From contig MU054120.1 in the NCBI GenBank assembly GCA_013239625.1, positions 620,001 through 661,307 of the forward strand: a stretch of 41,307 bases of DNA, written 5' to 3'. Each line of letters begins with the position of its first letter. Positions within the stretch are counted from its first letter, which is position 1. The translations under genes were made by a program, and so were the position numbers. The DNA comes from Lama guanicoe (Eukaryota). The notes under the pieces were generated by a model. The model did no database searches and was not told where the DNA came from. It saw only the letters and a list, made by a program, of their open reading frames with translations. Shown piece after piece: positions 22,790 to 35,931 of this stretch.

Positions 22790-23960
22790 CACTTCTGGGC
22801 TGTCCTAGGATAATGTTAGCTTCTTAGATTAAGATCTTAATACTTCCTCCAAAAAGCAAACTAGTGAACAAGAAGAGCAAGTGAAACCACACAAAACTGC
22901 CATCCCTTGGACACTGAGTGTCAGTCCTCATGCTAAATACACGGAGAGAAATTAAGACCAAGTGCCAGCAGACTTACATGTGACCTCACCTCATGAGGCT
23001 GTGTGGACACGAGGTGGTGTCTGAAGAGACTGGGTAGGAAAATGGAGTTCAGACGAAATAAGGCTCAGCATGGCGAGGCCCGGCCAAACTCCAGAGCTCC
23101 TGAAGCAGCTCTGGGACCGGCAGACCTGAGCTCTGATGACGGGAAGGTGTGCGGGATGTGAAGAGGCAAATTCAAAACATGATCTCTTCTGGAAAAGCAT
23201 GAAAGGAACAGGATGGTACGGCATCTTTTGCAGACGATAAAGAAAAAGAGAAAGTAAGAGGAGAACTTAAGAATCTTGCAGAAACAAAAAAGAACAACAA
23301 AATCCAAAGACATGCCAATCCATTTCCTCCCCCAAAAATGTATTTCTGTATCTCCTCCAAACCCTTTATCTCTATATACATAAATTGTTACTGTGAACCC
23401 AGGTATAAACAGGAAATCCAGTCTACTTGCGCAAAAAATAACTTCTCTAAAAAGGAAACAGAAAACTAAAACCGAAGCAATCCAGTTGATGAAAAATCTC
23501 CCCTGAACCCCCTGCCTGAAGTAAAGCAGCCACAAAGCAGAAGAATAGTAACACAGCACTCCAGAGTGGATTAAAAATACTCCCATGAGCACGTGCAGGT
23601 ATTTAAGGAAACACATGAATCAGAAATTCAAACACTCAGAACAGAAATAGGCAAAAACACAGAAAGAATATTTTAAAAATATGTATTTTGACCAAACTCA
23701 AAAAGAAACTGAAGGAGAGACAAAACAATTTTACAAAAACTCAATTACCGGCACCCGACTATGTGGTGTGCTAGATTCAACTGACAATTTTATAGTGTGA
23801 TAAGAGAAATTCAAGAAAGGCTTGAAAACTACCAGACGAACAAAAATAAGATAAAGAATGAAGTTAAAATTAACAGAGAAAAAAAAAACCAGTAGAAAAC
23901 AAAGGCAAAGAGCCCAACACTGCACAATTTTGAGTGAGATTAAAAACCAAACCACAAACA
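22790..23960 (+). mobile_element. Possible HAL1-like / ancient L1 5' and ORF1 region
   Basis: Strong A-rich strand skew; motifs resembling recalled HAL1 sequence (AAACCACACAAAAC, TTGATGAAAAATCTCCCC, TGAATCAGAAATTCAAACACTCAGAACAGAAAT); residual coiled-coil-like peptide HESEIQTLRTEIGKN. Confidence 0.5.
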
Positions 23961-24019
23961 TATTTAAAACAACAACATGATACGTACTTTTCAGATTGTT
24001 TGAAAAGTAAAAAATTATT

Positions 24020-24900
24020 TCTTTTCCAGAAATGTCTGCATCTTTTATTCTTCTTGGTTGCCATGCTGCTCTGAAAAGTATATCCAGAACAATGCTGGAA
24101 AGACATGGTGAGAGCTGGCGCCCCGCCTTGTCCCCAGTCTTAGTGGGAGAGCAGTCAGTATGATGTTAGCTGTTGGGTTTTCGATGGTGCTCTTAATTAG
24201 TTTGAGAAGTTATTTGATTCCTGGTTTATTGGGATTTTAATCATGAATGAGTTTGAATATAATCAAATACACTATTTTCATCATCTATGGACATCCTCAT
24301 ACGTATTTCTCCTTTATTCTGTTAATATGATGAATATATTGATTGATTTTCCAATGTTAAACCAAATTTGCAACCCTGGAAAAAAAGACACTTAGTATTG
24401 ATGGATTGATTGGTCATTGGGAAAGTATATACCTGTATTTATATATTGTTTTAATTAAGTATATATCTTATTTAAGAGTGTATATATATATATATATCCA
24501 TCCATAAACATGTAATATATATTTAATTTTCTAATATTTAGATAAAAATTTTTGTATCTATGTTTTTTTTTGAGAGTATTTTGGTAGCTTTTTTGTAGTT
24601 TTAGTTTCTTATAATGTTATATAATTTTACTACCAGTATAATGCTAGCCTCATCAAATGTATTGGCAAATGTTCTTTTCGCTACTACCTTTTCAAGGTTT
24701 TGAGTAGGGTTGGGATTATTTTGTTCTTAAATATTTGGTAGAATTTACCAGGAGACCCATCTGGACCTAGATCACCTCTGTGGAGAAGTTTTCAGTTAAG
24801 AATCTAACCTCTTTAATAATAAGTATAGGCGTATTCAGCTTTCCATCTGTTCTTCTGCCCAATTTGATAGTTTAATTTCTAACAAGTTTAACTTGTCGAA
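24020..24900 (-). mobile_element. Ancient L1 ORF2 (RT region), reverse orientation
   Basis: TCCAGAACAATGCTGGAAAG...GGTGAGAG...CCTTGTCCC, AGTATGATGTTAGCTGT, ATTGATTGATTTTCCAATGTTAAACCA, ATGCTAGCCTCAT, TTTGGTAGAATTTACCAGGAGACCCATCTGGACCT. Confidence 0.82.
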
Positions 24901-25072
24901 TTTATTAGCACAGTGTCCCTGGGATCATGTCCAGTAAACTATCCCTGTGTTTAATAATATAACAACACTGCTCTTGCTCACAGAGACAGTAACTTCGCTG
25001 GGAAAAGAGAAGCCTAAATCTGTGTTGTCCTCCCCGTCGGCCAACAGATGAATGCAAAAGGGTAGCTGTGAA

Positions 25073-25111
25073 ATGTACATGCGTGTGCGTGTGCACACGT
25101 GCGCGTGTATG
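25073..25111. repeat. 39-bp alternating purine-pyrimidine tract
   Basis: ATGTACATGCGTGTGCGTGTGCACACGTGCGCGTGTATG alternates R/Y throughout. Confidence 0.85.
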
Positions 25112-25151
25112 AAATCTGATTCAGAAGATAATTCTGATTCTGTAGTGAGAC

Positions 25152-25724
25152 TGTCAGTTGTCGGTTCAGGCACCCCAAAAGCAGATACTAATATAGACAG
25201 ACATTAGCATGAGGCACAGGGGGCTTCCCCTGTGGGGAGACTGGGCAAAGGAATAAGGTGACCTGTGATTCAGACCCAATCAAATTCTCAGTTGAGTGAA
25301 CCGCTTGGAAGTTCTGGAGCTGAGATGCCCCTGCAAGCTATTCTGACTTGGGGACTGGGGACCTAGGCTTTATTGCCCACACTGATCAGCCATCGGATGT
25401 GGGCTGCCTCTGGAAGGAGATGTGACCTCAGGTGACACAGTTTTCTTCTTTAAGGACAAGCCCTTAAAGAACTGGCAGCTAAGGGCTTATTTCCAGCATG
25501 GAAATTGCTGTGGAATTAGCCCTTTCTTCTTCTTCTTTTTTTTTTTAAGTTGGGGAGGCAATTAGGTTTATTTATTTTTATTATTATTATTTTTGATGGA
25601 GGTACTGGGGAGTGAACCCAGGACCTCGTGCATGCTAAGCAGGCGCTCTACCACTGAGCTAGACCCTTTCTCCCCCTTTATTTTTAAAAAGGGGTCTGGG
25701 CATTGCATCCCAGCATCCACCACG
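25152..25724 (-). mobile_element. ERVL LTR16-like solo LTR interrupted by a SINE
   Basis: GTTCTGGAGCTGAGATGCCCCT, TCAGCCATCGGATGTGGGCTGCC...GGAAGG...GTGACCT and terminal GGGGTCTGGGC...CAGCATCCACCAC match antisense LTR16. Confidence 0.72.
25536..25675 (-). mobile_element. tRNA-Ala-derived camelid SINE (Vic-1 type)
   Basis: Minus strand reads GGGG...TAGCTCAGTGGTAGAGCGCCTGCTTAGCATGCACGAGGTCCTGGGTTCACTCCCCAGTACCTCCA (A- and B-box-like), then AATAAATAAACCTAATTGCCTCCCC and an A-tail; decayed TSD CCCTTTCTT/CCCTTTATT. Confidence 0.88.
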
Positions 25725-28700
25725 CAGCCACCTTTGTAAATGACTACACCACTGACAAACTCAATTCATTTTAAAATGTTTAAAACCTTACGTTCTATAC
25801 CTATTTAAGTAAGTCTGCTTATCAACATGCTCATGTGTGGGGAAAAAAATCCATTGACAAATTCAGCTGAAATTGTAAAGAAGATGCACAGCCAAAGGTT
25901 ACTAATATCATGCAAACCAGGCAGGCCGTTCCCCAGATAAAAGGATGATTGTAGGAAATTGGCCTGCCATTAATTTTTAATATGCTGTCTAATTTAGGCA
26001 GCATATCAAGGATCCTTGTTGAGTCACAAAGTAATATCTCTCCCTGAAACTTGTTAGAGTTTGCTAAATATTATGCTGTTGAGGCGAGTAAAGTGATTTG
26101 GTATAAATCCCTCAAGAGCAGTTCTAATGAATGATGTATTGTTTATTCTATTAGCACTATTGCTCTTCAACTCCCCAGTGCCAAGAATTCCAACATGCTC
26201 CTTTTCTTTTACAAGCAACAGATCTCAGACAATAAGGAAGAGAATTTCTGTGACTCAAATCAGAATCAACAGGCACAGTCAGACAAAGATTGCTTGCCTC
26301 ATTCTGATGAATTTCTCATGATTTCTTCCTCTGTTAAGAAATAGAGAAGAAAGCAAGCTGAAAATAGTTTATCCCCAGCTGTGATTGTTATGCTCCACCA
26401 AATGCCATCAAGCATTTAAATAAATAATGTCATTTTGGCAGAAAAAATAAAGTTCCACTCATTTGTTTCCATTCTCAAATGCATTAAGAATGAGTCTCTT
26501 TATGGGAAAGGAGGAGAATGAGTGTGTCCTGCACCCAACCATGCAGTGCCTTTCAGGAGCACGGCCCCTCATCGACTTTCTTTTCCATTCTGTTGCCAGA
26601 GGCTGTGGGAGGAGAAAATGGGTAATGTTGCCCATCCCTGTGAGCTACACTAACACCTTGGCATTCTGGTGCTGGGGAGAGTCACGGTGCTGTAGACCAG
26701 TTTAATTCCGTCTAATATCACCACCCATTTCGTGACCTTGGCTGAGTCTAACGACAGGACATGTTTGACCAGACCTGCAGATGGTTCTACGTGCAGTTAG
26801 TCCATGACACAGCAGTAGAGGTAGCAGTCTGTTTAAAGATGACTTCCAACATATGTACTAGATGTGCGTCTGAACGACAGCACAAACAGAAGCCACCAGC
26901 AGACGAGATGCTGTCTGGCGGGAGGACCGGCAGTCCCAGGCTGCGGGCCTGTAAGGGGCCATGAGGACGGGGGTGGAGCTGCCCTCCGAGACGTCTCCTT
27001 CTCTGGGAATAGATCCCATTAGCGTTACACCCTCTGCTCCCTTCCTCGCTCCTCCCTGAGGAATGGGAAAGATATGACTCCAGATTGCAAAACTTGTACA
27101 GAATAAATTGGGCATTTTCCACGGAGCTCCACCCTCTCCCCTCTTGGGAGCTGGGAGAAGGCGACTGCAGTCACCCTAAGGGCCACGTGGCCGGCCCCAG
27201 CTCAGAGATGCAGTGTTAGGGGCTCTACCTGCTCATGTATGTTATCAGCCGTGTCCTCCACCCGGGCACGTACCGGAAATAGACGCCACCTGTGTGTCTT
27301 TGTTTTCTTTCTGGATTTGTTCAGAGCCTGGTTAGGGAAGAGGAGTGTGTTGCTTCCTCGCTCTCAGAGATTCCCAACATTTCCTGCACAGGCCGGGCAC
27401 CCTCAGAAATGAAACAGCGGAGTGAAGCGGGGACCAGATGTGCACGCGGCAGGGCTCTGGGAGGGACCGAGACACAGGGTGTCAGGCCCAGGCTTCACTG
27501 TGTGGGGTGGGTGTTTTGAACTTGCGTTTTTCATTTCTTTTCTTTTTTACTTTTTAGAGATGAATATGGAGCTAGGTTTTAATTGCTGGGACATGAGGAA
27601 GAGATGTTAAGCCTCAGGGAACATTTTATTTTGACCCTGGCAGATAAAAATAGGTTAGAGCAGTTTTGTCCACAGGCAAATGATTGCTTTTTGAAGAGAC
27701 TGGGACTTAAGCAGAGAGTGTTGGCCTCGGTAAGGGTCTGGCCTCAGCCAAATCCCTGGCAGCCTGGGGGCCTGGCAACGGAGACCCAGTGGAGGCTCTC
27801 AGCAGGTTCCAGGAGGCCCCAGCTCACTATTAAAAACAGCCACAACCTTTCCAAAGTAGTCGTGGCTGCGGCAACACTCCACAGTTACAGGTCTTCTGGG
27901 CCTTGTTGGACAGAATGATGTCTGCTGCTTTAGAGTGAACGTGAGCTGAGATCCAGCGTTGCAGAGAGCATGACGAGGTTCTGGCTTTACGTTCTCCGTG
28001 CTAGGCCTGCAGAGTCTTCCCAAATTATCCTCTCTTGGATGTTTTCAATTATCTTCAGGGCCCAGAAAAGGAAACACGCTGAGGTTAACCTTGGGTTTTT
28101 GAGGCTTGTTCACAAACTCCTTTTGGTTATAGACAGGTTCATTATAATTACAATAAAAATCTCAGGGAAACAATTTTGGGGAGCCCAAATATGACTTTAA
28201 ATTAGAGGGCATGGCGGCAGTAACAGGGGCTCAGTGCCCACCCACAGGAGAAGGATCCTGGGCTCTAGGCAGAGTCCACGCTCAGCACTGGAAGCAGCAG
28301 AAACCAAGAGGCTTCGAATACACTGCTCATTGTCTAGAAAGGCACCTTAGCTAAGTCCTGATGTTTGGGACTGTCAACAACGCACATTTCTCAGCTTTGC
28401 GTGTAAACAGCCACGGCTCTTAGGTCACTTGGTGAGAGAGTAAGCATGATGCATGGGGGCTCCTCCCTACCCCCAGGATTTGCAAATTGGTGGTGCCTTT
28501 GTTAGCCTCTTGCTGGAAGATTTATCCCAATGGAGCTTAAATTCTAGGTAGTGGAGTGCAGACAGCTGGTCTGGACCACCAGCGTCATTCCACCCTTCTC
28601 TCAGAGAGCACTGAGCCTCCGCAATGGTCTCTGGCAACACTGGCTTCTGGCAACGTAACTTCATGGAGATGGTGACTCTGGGGACTAGAGATCAGTCTGT

Positions 28701-29520
28701 TTTCTAAATTTGATGGGTGGGGAGCCAGTGCTATAATGATCTCCTTTCTTATTAATCCTTTGGACTCTCTAAAGTGAGGTGTATCAGACGTGGACCTGAC
28801 ATGACAAATTCTGAAGCCCTCAATGAAACAACAGCACCTGTTCCTCCGAGGTGTTCCTCGGAAGGCAGCCATTGAAAGACCAACTCTACCCGGGCGTCCA
28901 GCGTCCCTCTGCTGAAGCCGAGCTGAATAATAAATTTGGGAGGATAGTCTGGGCCTTAATTATAACTTAGAAATTTTAAACTTCAAACATTTAAACTCTA
29001 CAGGGGAAAATAACTTGGTATCAGACTTTAATTCATTTGGACTTTAATATATTTTGACTTTAACTTGAAAGGAGATTTAATCTTTGAACTTTGGTTTTGC
29101 CCTGGGAAGTTTGTAATAGTGGGGATCTTTAAATTCAGGTTTGGGGTGTTTCTATTATGTTGGTGTCTCCTTATTAGGAGAAATTTGAGGCTATCTTTTT
29201 GTTGGCATTAAATCTCACTGACGGACTTCTGACACGCTGTGGGAAAATGTGGCCAGATACAGTTTGGAAGTGGAAATAGAACTGAGAATGGATTTTTCAA
29301 CTTTGGATTGAGACTGGCCTTCAAGTTGACTTACTTAATGAGAAGTGCATATCCATCTCAGGGTGTTCTAGAGGCAAATGTTACAGGGTCCCGGGGTCCC
29401 AGGAGACTCTGAAAGGGCAGGGAGTAAGAATTTGGGGAACAACTTACAAAGATGAGAGTGCAGCTGGACGGACAACTGGGGCAGCTCCTCTCCTGAGGGC
29501 CAAGTGTGTGACCATCTGAA

Positions 29521-29950
29521 TGTAATGGGTTAAGAGAGAAATTAACCTGAGGAATTTGGGGGTGAATGCTTACCTCCCACTCCTGGTGTTTTCTCCTTGA
29601 TGGATGCAGAGCTATTACACTGATCCTATGGCCTCTCTCTGACTCGGTCCACCTGGCAGTGGCTTATCTGCCTGGCAAACTGGGGGCGATCCAAGAGTGC
29701 TCATTCCTTCTCTGAGATTCTAACTCTGAAAGCGAGCTGCCAGCTTTCTCCTAAGCTTCTCTAGCGTCTAGACCAATTCATAGTTAGGCCCTATCCTTGC
29801 TGAGGGATGGGGAGAAAAGAAGAAGGGGGGCCAAGAGGGAGTGAGGGCAGGTCTGTCCTGGTCCTGCGTGGGCAACTTGGCCCAGTTCTTCGGTTTGTTT
29901 TCAGCATGCACAAAAGCTCCAACTTAACTCTTTGCATGAATATTGATTCT
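29521..29950 (+). mobile_element. Possible ancient ERVL-type LTR fragment
   Basis: Starts TGTAATGGG; CATTCCTTCTCTGAGATTCTAACT resembles LTR33/41-type motifs; weak. Confidence 0.3.
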
Positions 29951-30039
29951 TGTCCTCTACCTGCCGCTTCTTGATTTATTTCTAAATTTTCTGGGACTAG
30001 GTTCCGAGAAAGGGGTAAGACACTCTTTAACAGACCCTC

Positions 30040-30200
30040 CTGACTCGCAGTAGACTTAGGACTGACATCTGTAATTCGCTAGTGATGCGATCTGGCCATG
30101 TCTCTGAAACCTAGTTCGCTCATCTTTAAAGCTAAAAATATAAAACCGACTTCACTGCATGGGTAATGGACAGTAAACAAAGTTTAAAGGATTACTAAAT
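30040..30200 (+). mobile_element. MIR SINE fragment
   Basis: TCTCTGAAACCTAGTTCGCTCATCTTTAAA...AATATAAAACCGACTTCAC resembles the MIR core. Confidence 0.55.
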
Positions 30201-31014
30201 ATGACATCACAAGTGGGCTTGCAAATGCATTACCACAAAAAAAGAAAGATTCATCCCGTCTCAAGCAGAGTTGGTCATTTGTAGGTTACCCCCACCCCAC
30301 CCTGCCTCCACCTCCATTGGGGATGAAAATGGCTTGGAGTTGAGTCTGTGGGCAGGCTGATGACCAGAGTGAGGAGGAAGGGGCTGGCCAGGCACACCCA
30401 TCTCCTCCTTACACACTCACCAGCAAAGGAAGAGACTTGATCCTCTCAGGAGGAGTGAGTGAGGGGGACAAGGGGCCCCTCACTGTAGTGGAAGTATTAC
30501 TGTAGTGGAAATTCTTTCACACGGAAACAGGAGTGGAGGGCAAATGTCACCCTCAGTGACACACAGACACTGCGTGTGCATGTTAAATAAATGACGCTTT
30601 ACGACTATTCCGCAAGGATGTTAGTCCTAAAAACATTAGTACCAGGAAATTTAGACTTACAGCCATCCTGAGAAAATGTTCTGGCTGTCATATGAATAGA
30701 CAGAACTTTTCAATCACACTGAATGAAAGGAAATATAATGTCAGTGTGGATTTCCTTTGAATTCTTACAGTTTTCCACAGAAGGGACTGAAAGATTGATG
30801 TATTACTTCACAACTAATCTGATTACTGGAGAGAATATTTTAAAGTAATGAATGAGCTCTTAGCCTAATTGTTGACATAGTAAGAGTTTTGTTTTTTTGT
30901 TTTTTTGAATGAGAATCTCCTCTCCATTCCTGCTAGCAAATGCCATTTCTAGGCAACATAGTTGCATCTGTTTATCGCAATTTGTATTTTCAAGCAAATA
31001 GCTTGTAGAAGGAA

Positions 31015-31072
31015 ACAGAATAGAGTGGAACTGAACTGAACTAGACTGAACTGAGTTGGATTGGATTAGACT
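31015..31072. repeat. Degenerate pentanucleotide microsatellite (AACTG/GATTG)n
   Basis: GAACTGAACTGAACTAGACTGAACTGAGTTGGATTGGATTAGACT. Confidence 0.75.
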
Positions 31073-31564
31073 GGGTTCCTTGGAGACTGTGCCATGGTGA
31101 TGGCTTACCTGACCAGGTAAGGCAAATGAGGCCCCAGGATTACTCATCTGCCTAAGGTCACTCCCTCTGTTAGCGGAAGACCTGGAGAAGGAATTGAATT
31201 TACTGATCTCAGCGACACATTCTTCCCTTCCATGCTGCCTCTGATAGTTCTCTCAGTTCTGATATAATGTTTTCATTTGTTTGTTGCTAGTGTTTTGTTT
31301 CCATGCCTAGATTTTTCATCTTAACTTAGTTTTATGATAGAAACCCATGAAAGAAGGAGAAATGTAAGATTTAAGAGCCTTTTTTCCTGAAAAAAACAAA
31401 CAAACAAAAATCATTTTTCTCACACCATTCAGGAAATCCCTTTAGAAATTTGCACAGCCAGGTTCAACTGCTCTGATTCCCCAAAAGGGGAACCACAATA
31501 TGGATCAAGGAGACACTGCCCAAGAGATGAGACCTAAGGATTGGCATTCAGTAGCTTAAACTCA

Positions 31565-33900
31565 TTTTTAAAAAATGTTACAATGGAAAAGTTCAAATAT
31601 GTACAAAAGGAGAGTGATCTAAAGAATTCTCATATGCCCATCATTTAGTTTCTACCATTACCAACCCATGGCCAATCTTGTTTTGTCCATGCCTTGCCCT
31701 AGGTTACTTTGAAGCAAATCTTGGGTATCAAAGCATCTCGATATGAGTCTCTGAAAGATAAGGATTCTTTTTTATTTGAAACACAATCGCCACATCATTA
31801 TCACACTACAATGTTAACAATAATCGCTTTAAATTACCTGATCGCCTAACACATTTTCCCAATGGTTTGTTCAGTTTAATCAGGATCAAGTAAGATCTAT
31901 CGCCATCGGTTCTCTCTCTTCTAAACTAGCGGTATTCCTCCCTCTCTCTTTCTTCCCTTGAAATACGTCTATTTAAAAGATAGGGGCTTTTGCTGACGAA
32001 TGCATGTGCCTCTCCCCCATTAATCTTGCCCTTAAAATCGTGCCTTAATCATCCCACAGGCAAGAGGCTGATTTGTGATTTGCCGTGAGTTTCTGCTTCT
32101 CCAGCCTCTGACCATTGAATAACGCTTGCTCTGCTTCAATTTCAGCCTCGGTTTTGTTTTTAGCTGTGAGAACCCGAATGCAAACAGAACCTTCCCCGCC
32201 AGGCTATGGCCCATGTTGGGGTCCACATGTCCTATTTCAGTAATAAAAGCACGTCCTCACTCACATGTATGGTGGATAGTGATGGGCCTGTCAGCTGAGC
32301 TCCACGTGGCCTGGGCATTCTCTGGCCTGGTGGTCGATGTCTAAGCGTGGGAGCCGTGTCATGTTTTATGATTTAGCCTTGGGAATCGCAGATCCTAGTC
32401 ACAGGCTCATCAAACTAAGGGGCAGGAACATGGACCCCACAGCTCAATGAGAGGAACTTCCAGGTCACATTGTAAGATCACATGGGATGAGAGATGTTGT
32501 GGCCATCATCTTGGAAAATACAATTTATTACATTTTATTTCACACTCTTTGCTGTAATTGTTATCGCATCCACCAAAGTTCTAATCAGTTATTATTGTTA
32601 TTATAGTTATGAACTCATGAAACTAAATACATATAATGGGATTCTAATGTATCACAATTTTGTCTTTATTCATGTATAAATTCACTCATCTTTAGCAAGT
32701 GAGTCCCTCTGAATGGACCCCTTCATTTTTCTGATACAGCTTCACTAGGTTTTAAAAGTCTCTTGTTTTCAAGTATGACATGACATTTCAGGCTCATCAC
32801 GAACCTTTCTCATCCCAGAACTGGAATCAGGCTTTTTGTTTGTTTTTAAGGTAAAATACAATACGAGTTCCTCTGGTATTTTGAATTCAGATTCAAAACC
32901 ACAGGGTTATTAATGACCGCTTGGATCTTACACTGCTGCCTCCTTTCCACCATGCCCCAAATCCGAATTCTCAGTAATACCAACATAATTATGTATATGT
33001 TTTTTTCCACAACTGCACCAAAAAACAGTCTCAGAATGAATATCAACAATACAATGATTGAAAATCATTTTTATGTTCAGATTTTTTATACTGAAAATTT
33101 TATTTGGGGGTAAGTCTCATAATGGATGTATAATCAAAGTCTTGTGTTTTAAAGTCACTTGAAATAACTCTCCTCCATGTGATTATGACACCACCTCAAT
33201 ACAGAGTTAGATTCACAGACCTTCTCTTTTTAAGGATTCCAATTTTGAGTTTAATTAATTTAACTAACGGTATAAAATACTTACATAGTGCCAAAATCAA
33301 GTCTGCAAAAGATGGTATGTTCAGGGAATATGGTAACTTTTATTCCTGTGCATTCTACTGCCTCCTCCTGCCCCTCCATTGATAACTTTTTTTTTCAATA
33401 TTGGTTTATATTTTTAATACAAGAAAATACATATGTATTGTCATCTCACCCCCCCTCCTTCTTAGATAAAGAGATGTATGTAATAAATACGCTTTCCTTT
33501 TTCACTTAATAAATTCAGAGACCATCACACGGAAATATATAAAAATATTTCTCATTTTCTTTCACACCTGCATACCCCTTTGTCTGACTACACCATTGTG
33601 CATCCAACCAGGACCCCACTGAGGACACTGGATTGTTTCCAGTTTTTCGGTATCACAAAATAGGTCGGCAGTGAATAGCCAGATGATTCTGTGCTTTTTG
33701 TATTTTTGCCAGTGTTTTTTTTTTTAAGAATGGACCTCTAGAAATGGAGGCTTATGTTCATATGTAATTTGTGCCAAATTCCCTTCCATGGATGATGTAG
33801 CATTTTGCTTTCCCGCTAGTAATATGTGAGACTGCTCTTTCCCACAGCCTTACCAAACATAGTATGTTGTCAAATTTTTGCATTTTTGCCAATTTGATGG
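31565..33900 (-). mobile_element. Ancient L1 3' region (L1MC4/5-like), interrupted by MLT1
   Basis: ATGGAAAAGTTCAAATAT...CATGGCCAATCTTG, TACTTTGAAGCAAATC, AATCAGGATC, GGACACTGGATTGTTTCCAGTTTTT, TGCCAAATT, TTTTTGCCAATTTGATGG. Confidence 0.72.
32130..32530 (-). mobile_element. MaLR LTR (MLT1H-like)
   Basis: TTTTATGATTTAGCCTTGGGA...CTAGTCACAGGC...GACCCCAC...CATGGGATGAGAGATGTTGTGGCCATCATCTTGGAAAATACAAT. Confidence 0.68.
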
Positions 33901-35931
33901 TTTTTTTAATTGTCTTGTGCAAAGAGGCACATTTACATATCAAAGATGAAAATAAGTTACCATCTTAACTGAAGGGAATTCAATATCCTGTTTTTTTTTA
34001 AAAAACACAAATAATCTTCTTCGTCGTATGACTACTCAGAATCAAATACTTTTTCGTTTTCATTGCACATTATCTAGTTAAACACATGCCCATGGTCTTC
34101 TGCGGTTAACGGAACAGAAAAAGAACTTGCTTCTGGGATGCGCTTGACTGGAGTTCAGCCTCCTGTACGCACCTTGTCAGACAACTCCTAGTTTGAGATA
34201 TTACTTAGTAAAACTAGGCTGACCCCGAGCCAGTGGCTAAATCGGCTGATTGTCATGCAGCCTCTAGGAGGGTGACCTCCTCCCCGCCTGGCGCAGCTCC
34301 GAGTCAGTGCGCTGCCTCCACACGTAGGGCCCTAACAACCTGGCTGGCCAGCCTCAGAGCCTCATCCTGACAAGTTAATTTTCTCCCATTTTACTACTTA
34401 ACCTTCCCCCAACCCCCGTCTGTGCTGGGTTTGATGATCAGGACTTGGGTGACCCCATGGTGATACAGCTTCCCTACCTAGATTATCTTCCATTTGTAAT
34501 GAATGGACAGAGAGGGAAGAACTAGGGGAGCAGGGAAACAGAACAAAACAAATATTTTCATTGTATGTATTTTTAGCTACTTAGCCAGCCATGCAGTTTT
34601 TGCACAGTGATGTCAGGGAGTCCTGATTTCAACTATCATTTCCTATTTGTAATTAATCCTAATGCTGAAAAATAAAACGCTTTCCCTTCCTATTCTCTAT
34701 CTGTTCTTTCTGTCCAGCATCGACTGGTCCCCTTTCTCTACTCTTCTGTTTCCAGATAAACTCAGGCAAGAATCTCCTTTTCATGTTGAATTTCATTTTA
34801 TTTTTTTAGCTATTGAATAGTATCCTAGATGAGTAAGGACAACCTGAGTCATAGCTTTCACTGTCTGTTTAAAACAATAGAGGCAATTTGTTCTGGAATG
34901 AGCTATTTCAGGTGATTAAGATGGAGACTTCCTTCAAAAAAACTTTCAGGAGATATGGATGTACAGTCTAAAATATTGGAATTGGGGATGAAAAACACAT
35001 GTGCAAGGTTTACAAATGACGCCTAATTCTTACTGGATCCTGTTGGAATTGACTGCCAGTTGTTCTGGGTGCAGTCATCATACGGCATGCAACGTGTGGT
35101 TTCAATTATACCAATTCTAAATGAATCCGAATAGACAAATAGCAAATATCCCAAATCTTATTTTAAAGTATTTTGTTAGTATGGAGAAGCGTTGGCCAAA
35201 GTCTTGTAAACGCATCTTGCAAAATCTTTGTTAATGACAAAAAACGTCTACTGTGTTCGGAATTCTCAAGTCAATCAAAGAAAGAAAAAATGTAACCTTC
35301 CATATGGTTTCATTGCCAAACGTGGCGCAACTCATCACTTTTAAGACGTGAACCATCTACTGCGTCATTTATTTAAAAACAAAAAAACTGACTATAACCC
35401 AGGTACCTTTAAGGATGTCATAAAATAGAGTTGAGTTTTACTGTTGGTTTTACCAGGATCTGATAATACATTTACAGCCTGACTGAGGAGGAGAAACTTC
35501 ACGTAGCTAGACAGACGTCACGGAGAACAGGACCAGTCACTGTGGTTTGTATGCCCCACAGTTTCTCACACCACTAGGTCTGCCCATCCCCAGAAGGGTG
35601 GTGAAATAATGTCCTGGGAGCCCTCTGTAGGGGAAGACAAAGAGAACTTGGCCCTGTCTCAGGCTAGCACAAGGTCAAGTGCACTGTGGCAGCCTGACAG
35701 AAACAGCTGCATGAGACAGGCTTGCATTTCCAGTATTCATAAACATGAGGCTTATGACAGGATTTCCTATAAACCAGATTCAGCCACACAGGAGAGAAAG
35801 AAACTGTGTGTGTATAGGTTGGAGTTTCCCATCACCCCTTCTTCAGGTTGGATTCATTTGCAGAACAACTCACAGAACTCAGAGGAACATTTTACTTACT
35901 GGATTACCAGTTTATTATAAAAGGATATAAC

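Noticed and set aside
23065..23616. 183-aa hydrophobic minus-strand ORF
   Set aside because: Phe/Leu richness results from reading the antisense of an A-rich LINE-like relic.
25596..25675. tRNA-Ala gene
   Set aside because: Imperfect acceptor stem and B box, followed by SINE body, A-tail and TSD.
30482..30510. Direct repeat ACTGTAGTGGAA x2
   Set aside because: Ordinary short slippage duplication.
34305..34330. CTCF site (GCGCTGCCTCCACACGT)
   Set aside because: Mismatches at core positions; cannot be supported without a matrix score.
34741..34840. Plus-strand micro-exons (10 and 23 nt)
   Set aside because: Weak or non-canonical donors and no supporting gene structure.
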